From an uncultured Nitrospira sp. (GTDB lineage: Bacteria; Nitrospirota; Nitrospiria; Nitrospirales; Nitrospiraceae): a DNA stretch of 64,000 bases. Made by a program: the position numbers and the translations under genes. Shown one piece after another: positions 18,701 through 25,285 of this stretch (position 1 is the stretch's first letter; every line of letters begins with the position of its first letter). A model generated the notes under the pieces. That model made no database searches. It had not been told where the DNA came from and saw only the letters and a program-made list of their open reading frames with translations. The stretch is taken from NCBI GenBank assembly GCA_964412445.1, contig CAYPOR010000001.1, positions 15,586 to 79,585 on the forward strand. The letters run 5' to 3'.

Positions 18701-19474
18701 TACAACATGGTCCGCTGGCTGGAGCAGGAAGGCTACGACGTCACCTACGCCACGAATATCGACGTCCATGTGAAGCCTTCGCTGCTCGCCTCCCACAAAG
18801 CCTTTCTCTCGCTCGGACACGATGAATACTGGACCGGGGAGATGCGACGCCACATCGAGCAGGCGCGCGACCGGGGCCTGCATCTGGGCATCTTTTCATC
18901 GAATACCTGCTATTGGCAAATGCGGCTGGAGCCCAGCCGCCTCACGGGCGAACCGGACCGCACGATGGTCGCCTACAAAGAAAATACGCCGTGGCACGAT
19001 CCCTTTTCGACCGATCAGAATCCGGAGAACGATCACCTCGTGACGACACGCTGGCGCAGCGCCCCCGTGAATCGCCCGGAAGCGGATCTGCTCGGGTCCA
19101 TGTATATCGAAGTCGACCATCCCGTCGACGGCGACTTTGTGATCCAGGATGCCGAGCCCTGGCTGCTGGCGAATACCGGACTCAGTACAGGCTCTCTGCT
19201 CCCCGGCCTGGCAGGCTACGAAGTCGACGGACTGAGTACGTCCAGCCCGGTTGGCACGAGCGTCGTGGCGAGGATGGTCGATAGCCGGACGCCGGGCGCC
19301 GTCACACTCTACCGCGCCGCAAGCGGCGCGCTGGTATTTGCAACAGGATCAATGCAATGGAGCTGGGGGCTCGACGATTACCAGGCCCCGCACCTGCGCA
19401 CGTCCGTGCTAAATCCGGCGGTCCAACAGATCACCAGAAATGTGCTGGCCCGGTTCGCGCACGCAGACGACTGA
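15767..19474 (+). CDS. Processive GT2 polysaccharide synthase fused to a C-terminal N,N-dimethylformamidase large-subunit-like domain
   Basis: GT2 motifs VLVPSYKE, KAMNLN, TLDADS, QTPY, FWVGANALLR, IEDTES, QRARW, then TMs. After a signal-like segment: ENRKPG, IEGYAS..SV..GE, TYQAYNNWGGRSLY, VSFNRPY, LSLGHDEYW, GSMQWSWGLD. The in-frame TTG at 15704 lies inside the promoter, so ATG 15767 is preferred. Confidence 0.85.
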   Translation: MTPSSYNKELRLTQASLAVTTTATALLIWSTGSVARTAFEQGQISHLLEALLFGALAGFLVYGNLCYQLARLGQLRRDAAFRMTAAQPARPFDPLSAPALTVLVPSYKEELPVIRQTLLSAALQNYPNKRVVLLLDNPPAPKTLSDRAELWAARNLPFELQTLLDEPAARTDHARAAFLARRSSGTVTMADECVWLSDCFRSAAQWFETQAKHFPTDSHTDVWFVEQILSRPAESCREQAARWFARRREPAPAPDDQLLAGIDAAYAELAARFQVEFDVFERKQYCNLSHEPNKAMNLNSYLGLMGKRVRPVMRPAGLALEESSLPNGSRLIADTPYVITLDADSLLKPHYASTLVRLMEQPDYARVAVAQTPYSAFPNAPGVLERTAGATTDIQYLVHQGFTRYGATFWVGANALLRKSALDDIRSESVEGGHIVRRYIQDRTVIEDTESTVDLLAKGWSLHNHPERLAYSATPPDFGSLVIQRARWANGGLIILPKLLSLLRRMPKRMSTLPQALLQIHYLTSLAFAPLSVLLLLIIPFSSELMNPWMPLAALPYFALYARDLAKIGYRPFRDLLRVYALNLLLIPIHLTGAITSMQQAIAGTKIPFRRTPKISGRTRTAGLDLALQLGMVLTSVTLGLFYVSRLRWISGAFALANAGLLLYGIRQFIGFAEMQQDLRLSLTETFDSITGRIRTTWSPLSARSLAPLTFAMERSKGFVLPVRARIASRQALWSLLVVLEAFSPALATGESTLPLNPVQIENRKPGTGAWILTKPARNHEIEGYASATSVNRGETLRFYVNTLAPTYRLTIYRMGWYGGLGARQISGPTELPGYRQPAPVHDQDTGLIECRWEHPAVQAIPTGGEGTEPWVSGYYLAKLTAEPTGEESYILFIVRDDRRPSTYLVQASVTTYQAYNNWGGRSLYSFNSPGGQATKVSFNRPYAGSAIPAAATGTGAGDFLISNSIPPGYQASPAGWEYNMVRWLEQEGYDVTYATNIDVHVKPSLLASHKAFLSLGHDEYWTGEMRRHIEQARDRGLHLGIFSSNTCYWQMRLEPSRLTGEPDRTMVAYKENTPWHDPFSTDQNPENDHLVTTRWRSAPVNRPEADLLGSMYIEVDHPVDGDFVIQDAEPWLLANTGLSTGSLLPGLAGYEVDGLSTSSPVGTSVVARMVDSRTPGAVTLYRAASGALVFATGSMQWSWGLDDYQAPHLRTSVLNPAVQQITRNVLARFAHADD

Positions 19475-19549
19475 CTCGTCTCCGATCGAAAGAGGCCGGC
19501 GTCATGCCGGCCATCGACTCACCATCCGGCTCACGGGCAACGTAATTCT

Positions 19550-20620
19550 ATGACATCCGGAGCGACACCTCTCCAGACGACCGGACCGCTCCATGGCAGC
19601 CCTGCATCCGCCTCACACTCGGCCCGGTTCGACGTCATGCGGGTCGTCGCCTGCCTGGCGGTCATCCTGCTGCACCTGGCCGCCACCGTCGTGATGGAAC
19701 GCGAATTCCTGGGCAGCATCCACTGGCACATCTCCAATGCCATCGACGCCGCCACCCGCTGGTGCGTGCCGGTGTTCGTCATGCTGAGCGGCGCGCTGCT
19801 GCTCGACCCGCAGAAACACGCAAGCCCGCGCGAGTTCTGGACGAAGCGCATGGGCCGGCTGCTGCCCGCCATGCTCGCCTGGCCCGCCATGTATTTTGCC
19901 TGGCGCGCCTTCTACTGGCATGAGCCGCTCTCGCCCGGCACCATCGCGCACGACCTGGTCGTCGGCCGGCCCTATGTCCATCTCTACTTTTTGTTTCTTA
20001 TCGCCGGGCTCTACCTCGTCACGCCATTTCTGGCGAACACCCTCGGCACACTCAGCCTCCCGCAGCTCCGGCACCTGATTCTGATCATGGCCGGCCTGGC
20101 CATGGGAGCCAACCTGTTCGACTTTCTCGCGTCCAGCGCTTTCACCATGTTCGTGCCCTATCTGACCTACTACCTCGCCGGCTGGTATTGCGCGCGGCGG
20201 TTGCACGATCGCCCAAGCGCCTCCGCGCTGGCCATCGGCCTCGCCGCCGGCCTCACTACCGGACTGACGGCCCTCCTGGTTTCAACCAGAGGATTCGACG
20301 ACCGCTGGGCCTTCTATTTCTATGAGGACTTCAGCCCCACCGTCATGGTCATGGCCGTAAGCCTCTTTCTCCTGACTTTGCAGGGAACGATCCCGCCACG
20401 AATCGAATCTCTCGCCGGGACGCTTGCGCCGCTCACGCTCGGCGTCTACCTGGCCCACCCCATCGTGGTGGAGCTGCTGCGCTACGGCTACTACCTGGCC
20501 ATCCCGATCCTGCTCCGCCCTCCCTACTATGTACCCGTTACGTTCCTCATCACCTGCGCCATCACCTTCAGCCTCGTCGCCCTCATGCAGCGGGTGCCGG
20601 GCCTGCAACGGATCGTCTAG
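19550..20620 (+). CDS. Acyltransferase family 3 (WecH/OafA-like membrane O-acyltransferase)
   Basis: FDVMRVVACLAVILLH, RWCVPVFVMLSGALL, HLYFLFLIAGLYL, TLGVYLAHP; about 10 TM helices. Confidence 0.88.
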   Translation: MTSGATPLQTTGPLHGSPASASHSARFDVMRVVACLAVILLHLAATVVMEREFLGSIHWHISNAIDAATRWCVPVFVMLSGALLLDPQKHASPREFWTKRMGRLLPAMLAWPAMYFAWRAFYWHEPLSPGTIAHDLVVGRPYVHLYFLFLIAGLYLVTPFLANTLGTLSLPQLRHLILIMAGLAMGANLFDFLASSAFTMFVPYLTYYLAGWYCARRLHDRPSASALAIGLAAGLTTGLTALLVSTRGFDDRWAFYFYEDFSPTVMVMAVSLFLLTLQGTIPPRIESLAGTLAPLTLGVYLAHPIVVELLRYGYYLAIPILLRPPYYVPVTFLITCAITFSLVALMQRVPGLQRIV

Positions 20621-20717
20621 CGAGCGAACCGGGGAAAGTGCTCAGCCAACTCGGTGCCAAAACTAGCGAAGAATTGAGCGCCTGTCGAAGAAAGGCCGTA
20701 CTCCGGTGAACGAAGGG

Positions 20718-21224
20718 TTACAGACCTGACGGCTGCCAGGTGGCGGGTTTGAAGTAGGCTCGTGATTGAGTCCCCCTGATGGCGTTACGAACGACGAGAA
20801 AATGCTGTTGGCAGGGCAGGCGGTCGATTTCATCGTCGGTGAAGAAGCGCGCACCGGACGTTTCCTCATGATCCGGACGGGGCGTCCCGCAAATGACACG
20901 AGCGGCGAACACTGTCGTGACGGCGGCAAGTTGATCGCCATTGTCGTAGGTCTTGGAGAAATGTTCCCCGGCGAAGACTCCGAGAATGCGGGTCAACTCC
21001 ACAAACACCCCGGCTTCCTCCCAGGTCTCCCGCACCGCCGCGTCAGACGGCAATTCATGCGGGTCGATAATCCCGCTCGGCACTCCCCAGAGGCCGGAGC
21101 TGAGGTCCTGCACGAGCAACAGCCGCCCCTGATCGTCATAGGCACAGGTTGAAACAACCGGCAACTGCAGCAACTCCGTGCCGATCTTGGAACGGAGGGA
21201 TTTGATGAACTCTGGAATAGGCAT
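20718..21224 (-). CDS. NUDIX hydrolase
   Basis: Nudix box variant SGIIDPHELPSDAAVRETWEEAG; Y.NGDQ motif of the MutT-like group. Confidence 0.85.
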   Translation of the reverse strand: MPIPEFIKSLRSKIGTELLQLPVVSTCAYDDQGRLLLVQDLSSGLWGVPSGIIDPHELPSDAAVRETWEEAGVFVELTRILGVFAGEHFSKTYDNGDQLAAVTTVFAARVICGTPRPDHEETSGARFFTDDEIDRLPCQQHFLVVRNAIRGTQSRAYFKPATWQPSGL

Positions 21225-21352
21225 GAGCGCGACAACCACCAACTTGTTCTGCGTAGGAGCCTACTATTCCGGCCTGAATGGCCTCACATCATAATAGGCA
21301 GTGAATCACTGCACACCCGCCGGATCAGTATACCGTTACGGGAGTTTTCCGT

Positions 21353-21736
21353 TCAGGACGACAGATCACGCAGCGGCCCCGGCTTGCCCTTTTTGCCGAA
21401 ATAGTACCCGGCCGCAATTCCGGCAGCCCATCCGCACACAATCAGAATGGACATGGCATGCGAATCATGCTTATCGCGGAACATAGGAATTACCATCCCC
21501 AACGGCATCGCGCCGCACACAATAAGCATCCAGCCCTGGTTGCCGGAACTGCCGGTCCGTGTGACGGCAAAGGAGAGCGCGAGAAACGGGAGCATCATCA
21601 GCAACTGATACGCCCACGGAGTCCCGGCCCACAAGAGGCCGAAACCAAGAAACGACAGCGCAAAGCCGCCGGCGATCGCGGCAAGCCCGAGCACCATCGG
21701 CTTCCACTGTGTTCGCGGCGCATCCTCTGTCATCAT
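21353..21736 (-). CDS. Small hypothetical membrane protein (about 4 TM)
   Basis: 127-aa ORF with four hydrophobic segments; no family recognised. Confidence 0.65.
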   Translation of the reverse strand: MMTEDAPRTQWKPMVLGLAAIAGGFALSFLGFGLLWAGTPWAYQLLMMLPFLALSFAVTRTGSSGNQGWMLIVCGAMPLGMVIPMFRDKHDSHAMSILIVCGWAAGIAAGYYFGKKGKPGPLRDLSS

Positions 21737-21773
21737 TCCATTCCTACGTAAGCCGGCAGGCCCACTGTCAGGA

Positions 21774-22412
21774 TTAGCCGTTTTTCAACAGCCACACATG
21801 TTCTTTCGCCGGACATTTCCCCTTCAATCCGCCGGGAACATCGGAGCTGACAAGCAACGTGAGGTCGTAGCTATCGGTATAGTGCCGCCGGACTTCGTCG
21901 TCGCTCACGGAAAAAGGCGGGCCGCCTGCCATGCTCTGGTCATATTCGTAAGCAATCACCAGCTGCGGCGCGTTATCGGAAATCTGCACGAGATGCTCCG
22001 CATATCGATCGCGCATCTCTTTGGGCAGAGCCACCAGCGCAGCCCGGTCATAGATGGCATCGACCGGACCAAGCATGTCGCGAGTCACATCAAAGAGATT
22101 GCCAAGAAAGATGTCGACGTTCTGCGCACGGTAACGAGAGACGCGGCCGATCTCGGATATCTTCGGTACCACGCCAAGCCCCGCAAACAACTCCTTCACC
22201 GCAATCTCGCTCAACTCCGCTCCGGCCACTCGATAGCCATGAGACAGCAGCCACGCAATATCCAGAGTCTTCCCGCACAACGGCACAAACACCCGGCTGC
22301 CTTTGGCCAAGGACAGCTCTTTGAAATATTTGACTAGAAAAGGGTTCGCTTCACGTTCGTGAAACGCAATCTCACCCTTCTCCCATCTCGCTTTCCAAAA
22401 ATCCGCATCCAT
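21774..22412 (-). CDS. tpm: Thiopurine S-methyltransferase
   Basis: MDADFWKARW...IAFH, RVFVPLCGKTLD, G.ELSE.AV, YDRAALVALP, GPPFSV. Confidence 0.9.
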   Translation of the reverse strand: MDADFWKARWEKGEIAFHEREANPFLVKYFKELSLAKGSRVFVPLCGKTLDIAWLLSHGYRVAGAELSEIAVKELFAGLGVVPKISEIGRVSRYRAQNVDIFLGNLFDVTRDMLGPVDAIYDRAALVALPKEMRDRYAEHLVQISDNAPQLVIAYEYDQSMAGGPPFSVSDDEVRRHYTDSYDLTLLVSSDVPGGLKGKCPAKEHVWLLKNG

Positions 22413-22546
22413 AAAACCCCTTAGAACGAACTCGCATGTACAGATGATGTAAGGAGTCTTTTATCTCACAACGATGTGCGTAAGTCTCCCTGTTTGCCAG
22501 AATCGCCAATGGTTCCTGTGTGATACCTTTTTCTCTCCTGTTTTCC

Positions 22547-22572
22547 CCGTCTGCTGCAACTGGACCTTAGAC
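22547..22572 (-). mobile_element. Left half of a decayed integron attC-like site
   Basis: Minus strand GTCTAAG-GTCCA-GTTGCAGC-AGACGG. The DUF1398 stop codon lies in the RYYTAAC-like box; the right half is not found. Confidence 0.35.
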
Positions 22573-22974
22573 ATCATGTGGCCTTGCGCCGGGAAACCAC
22601 TCGGTATGTTGATCGCCTTGGCGACCGAAATATGTGACTCGCTTGCCTCGAAGATACGCAATGTATCCCTGCACCCCGGCCTGTATGGCCCGCTCGCAAA
22701 AGGCCCGAAACTTTTGCCCGTGCTGTTGACTGTCGAGAATCGCCGCCTTAAGTGCGCTCACATCGAAGTCCTCTGATATCGAGGGCAGTCGCTCGAATGT
22801 GAGCGGCGCGACCACCGCTGCTCCTGATGCGCTGTAGAAGGTGAATGAGCCTGCGGCGTAGTCGACGTGGTAATACTCGACGCCGTTGGCCATGAGCTTA
22901 CCCACAGCTTCAGGAAACGGGATCGAACCATCCAGCGTGGCCTTTGCCAGTCCGACAATCTCATTCGCATTCAT
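22567..22974 (-). CDS. DUF1398 family protein
   Basis: G.IPFPE.VGKL...GVEYYHVD, LKAAILDSQ..GQKF..FC.RA..AGV.GY, RVTYFGR.GD.H.EWFP. ATG 22974 has an upstream GAAAGG. Confidence 0.8.
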   Translation of the reverse strand: MNANEIVGLAKATLDGSIPFPEAVGKLMANGVEYYHVDYAAGSFTFYSASGAAVVAPLTFERLPSISEDFDVSALKAAILDSQQHGQKFRAFCERAIQAGVQGYIAYLRGKRVTYFGRQGDQHTEWFPGARPHDV

Positions 22975-23064
22975 GACTGACCTTTCAAGTGAAGCGGTAT
23001 CTTTGATATGACGTCTGCCAAAGGCTTCGCACCGGCAGAAATGTAGAATGCCCCTATGAACGCC

Positions 23065-23127
23065 CCCCAATGCAGAGCTAGGCAGCGCTCCGTCGTTTGG
23101 CGCGGCCGCTTGCGCGGGTAGTGAGGC
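23065..23127 (-). mobile_element. Degenerate integron attC site (63 bp)
   Basis: Minus strand GCCTCAC-TACCC-GCGCAAGC-GGCCGCGC-loop-GCGCTGCCTAGC-TCTGC-ATTGGGG aligns with the generic attC layout GCCTAAC-N5-GCTCAAGCGGACGC...GCGCCGCTTAGC-N5-GTTAGGC at correct spacings, with several substitutions. Confidence 0.6.
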
Positions 23128-23404
23128 GTGACGGTTTCTCCGTAAACCGGCCTGTCACAAACTTATGCAACACGCTGGCAATGAGGGTTTGGTACGGCAC
23201 GCCTTCTTCGGCCGCACGGGTTTGAATATCCATTAGATCGGGTGAGGATAATCTCACATTGACCCTCCGGTCCTTGATGAACGTCGCCCTGGCCGATTCC
23301 TTGAAGCTTTTCAGTTCAGCTTTTGATGGCGCAACTGACGTAAACCGGCCCTTCTCATAGTCTTCTGAAATTCGTTCTTCATACGAAGGTCTATGCTTTT
23401 TCAC
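23078..23404 (-). CDS. CopG/RHH-type antitoxin (BrnA-like partner)
   Basis: KDRRVNVRLSSPDLMDIQTRAAEEGVPYQTLIASVLHKF ribbon-helix-helix signature. 4-nt overlap with the toxin gene. Confidence 0.8.
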   Translation of the reverse strand: MKKHRPSYEERISEDYEKGRFTSVAPSKAELKSFKESARATFIKDRRVNVRLSSPDLMDIQTRAAEEGVPYQTLIASVLHKFVTGRFTEKPSRLTTRASGRAKRRSAA

Positions 23405-23682
23405 TTCACACCGCCTTTCAAATAGTCACGGGTCGCTTTCCTGTTCGGGATAACCGTTTTCAGGAAGTAGGCGTCCGCCTCTTCCACAAACGGGACCAAG
23501 TACGCATAGTGTTCGACCGCAACAATGAACATCCGTTGATTCGGATACTTGCCGGGATTGGCATGCGCGACGATGTCGAGCAATCCGTCGGCTTCAATGG
23601 CCAGCACAATTTCCTCAAAGGAGATGTCCCGCTCCGCTTTCAGTTGCGCATTCTTCTCGTGACTCCAACGAAACGGCTTCAT
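23401..23682 (-). CDS. BrnT-like (RelE/ParE-fold) toxin
   Basis: F.W..EKN..LKAERDISFEEIV, H.NP.KYPNQRMFIV, YAYLVPFVE, FLKTVIPNRKATRDY. Confidence 0.85.
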   Translation of the reverse strand: MKPFRWSHEKNAQLKAERDISFEEIVLAIEADGLLDIVAHANPGKYPNQRMFIVAVEHYAYLVPFVEEADAYFLKTVIPNRKATRDYLKGGVK

Positions 23683-23688
23683 GCGCCT

Positions 23689-23722
23689 AGTCTAGCCGAA
23701 CGTGTGCCTTTTGTCATCACAC
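23689..23722 (-). promoter_or_regulatory. TA promoter (probably leaderless) with overlapping operator
   Basis: Minus strand ATGACA-N17-TAGACT followed 6 nt later by the toxin ATG. Inverted repeat GTGTG-N11-CACAC (23702-23722) straddles the -35. Confidence 0.55.
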
Positions 23723-23798
23723 CTGCGGACGCCGATCGTTAGGTCTACACTCTCTAATTCCTCTTCTCCAACCCCACCCCTTCCTCGCCAGGAAGCCG

Positions 23799-23876
23799 CC
23801 AGACCGTCCTTCACTGCGCGCATTGAGCGACCACCGTTTCATCGTGGGGGCTCAGCGAGCAAGAAGGATGGTCTGG
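23799..23876. repeat. Long imperfect palindrome (REP/MITE-like intergenic element)
   Basis: CCAGACCGTCCTTC pairs with GAAGGATGGTCTGG; inner stems TGAGC/GCTCA and CCAC/GTGG. Confidence 0.55.
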
Positions 23877-23899
23877 AGACTCCCCCCCTTCCTTTTCTC

Positions 23900-24092
23900 A
23901 GCCTCGGAGGGAAGCGATGGGCACGAAGGCTTTCGACATAGCGCACGATGCCGGCCGATTGGCACACCAGGCGCCGCGGCGCCGTTCTTCTCGCCCTGCA
24001 AGGCGCCCGGCCAACGGTACAACGATCAGTTCGTGTCTGAGCCCATCGCATTATGGCGAAGCCGGAGTTGCCCACGCTTCACAGCCGAGGCT
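23900..24092. other. Nested inverted-repeat element, possible structured RNA
   Basis: AGCCTCGG/CCGAGGCT and GAAGCG(A)TGGGCA/TGCCCACGCTTC outer stems; alternative pairing GCGATGGGC/GCCCATCGC; inner GGCGCC-GC-GGCGCC hairpin. Confidence 0.4.
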
Positions 24093-24106
24093 CCCTCCTC
24101 CCCTCT

Positions 24107-24151
24107 TGCGGGGCTATCCCCGCATCCCATGCTGGGCTAGGCTTCCCCGCA
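24107..24151. promoter_or_regulatory. Candidate activator-binding palindrome upstream of second sigma54 promoter
   Basis: TGCGGG-N5-CCCGCA at 24107-24123 plus a second CCCCGCAT half-site at 24144-24151, about 80-120 bp upstream of the -24 box. Confidence 0.3.
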
Positions 24152-24227
24152 TCGCCTTCACTTCTCCCCAATTCTCTGAACCCCTGAATTTCCCTCACAT
24201 CTTTCTCAACTCGTTCGCACTTTCCAC

Positions 24228-24243
24228 CGGCACTCCGGTTGCT
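24228..24243 (+). promoter_or_regulatory. Sigma54 (-24/-12) promoter
   Basis: CGGCAC-TCCGG-TTGCT with exact GG-N10-GC spacing, about 150 nt upstream of the OmpA-domain gene. Confidence 0.72.
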
Positions 24244-24391
24244 CAAGCACAGGACCGTCGGCGGGCAGCGCTGACGGCCGGAAAGGAGGTGACGCAGGAA
24301 CGAGGCCGTCGAAAAAACCAGATCGCCGCCGGATCAGCCGACGAGAGAGATCACAACTTTCAACCATTGAACGTACGAGGAGGAAGCCATC

Positions 24392-25189
24392 ATGCAGAAA
24401 GGTCCGTCCCAGGTTTCGTCAGGCAACATCACCCCCGCCGTCATGGGGCCGCAAAGAGACACCAAGGATATCGTCATCCTCTCCAGCCTCGTCCTGATCC
24501 TGGCAGGGCTCTCGGCCGTGGCCTGGATCTATACCGAATCCCGAGATCCGAAGGCCCTCACCGCGCCGACAGACAAAGTCGACTCAACCAAGGTGTCGGA
24601 ACTCCTTCAAAAGGCCAGCGGGCTCTCCCAAGCCGAGGCTTCCATCGCTCCCTCCACCCCGGTGACGGCTCCGGTCTCGACCGTGGCCGACATCATTCAC
24701 AGCGACGTCTACTTCGAAGTGGGCCGCAAGGGGTTGACGGATGAAGCCAAGGCGCAACTCGCCGCCCAGGCCGACCTGCTCAAGCAGAACCAGGACTATG
24801 CGGTGCTGATCCAGGGCTATACCGACCAGCAGGGGTCGGCCACCTACAACAAGAAACTGGGGATGCAGCGGGCCGAAACCGTGAAGCAGGAACTGCTGAA
24901 CGCCGGGGTCGCCGAACACCAGATGAAAGTCGTCAGCCTCGGTGAAGACGGCGTGCTCTGCGTAGACAACAGCGACGTCTGCCGGCACCTGAATCGGCGG
25001 GTGCACCTCGACATCCGGAAGATCGGCCAGGAGCACATGGTCATCCCGACGGTCGCCACCACCACGGCCATCGACCCGGCCGACTCAAGCATCGAGCAAC
25101 AGGCCTCGGGGCAGCCCGACGGCTCGACCGGCGCCACCTCTCCCTCTTCGCCGGCCGTCACCACGTTTGACCCGGCATCGGGCAGCTAA
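24392..25189 (+). CDS. Inner-membrane-anchored OmpA-like peptidoglycan-binding domain protein
   Basis: SD GAGGAGG; one N-terminal TM; Ser/Thr/Pro linker; VYFEVG...LT, IQGYTD..GS..YN.KLG..RA..VK, NRRV; low-complexity tail. Confidence 0.85.
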   Translation: MQKGPSQVSSGNITPAVMGPQRDTKDIVILSSLVLILAGLSAVAWIYTESRDPKALTAPTDKVDSTKVSELLQKASGLSQAEASIAPSTPVTAPVSTVADIIHSDVYFEVGRKGLTDEAKAQLAAQADLLKQNQDYAVLIQGYTDQQGSATYNKKLGMQRAETVKQELLNAGVAEHQMKVVSLGEDGVLCVDNSDVCRHLNRRVHLDIRKIGQEHMVIPTVATTTAIDPADSSIEQQASGQPDGSTGATSPSSPAVTTFDPASGS

Positions 25190-25204
25190 CGTCGATGTCT
25201 GGTT

Positions 25205-25236
25205 CTGCTGCGCGAGGAGTACACCTCGCGCAGCAG
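25205..25236. terminator. Strong intercistronic hairpin (no U-tract)
   Basis: CTGCTGCGCGAGG-AGTACA-CCTCGCGCAGCAG, perfect 13-bp stem. Confidence 0.5.
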
Positions 25237-25285
25237 CCAAATCCAGCATAGGTACCCCCATCACACTGAATCAGACGAGGACTCT

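Noticed and set aside
23735-23745. GTTAGGT / ACCTAAC box upstream of the toxin as another attC
   Set aside because: The core box is present, but no L boxes or complementary partner occur at the right spacing.
23900-24092. Identification of the structured element as 6S RNA, SRP, RNase P, tmRNA, cobalamin riboswitch or group II intron domain V
   Set aside because: None of the diagnostic primary-sequence motifs of these families is visible on either strand; left unassigned.
23917-24744. 275-aa plus-strand ORF overlapping the OmpA-domain gene
   Set aside because: Runs across the sigma54 promoter, has Arg/Pro-rich off-frame composition, and overlaps a gene with strong SD and family motifs.
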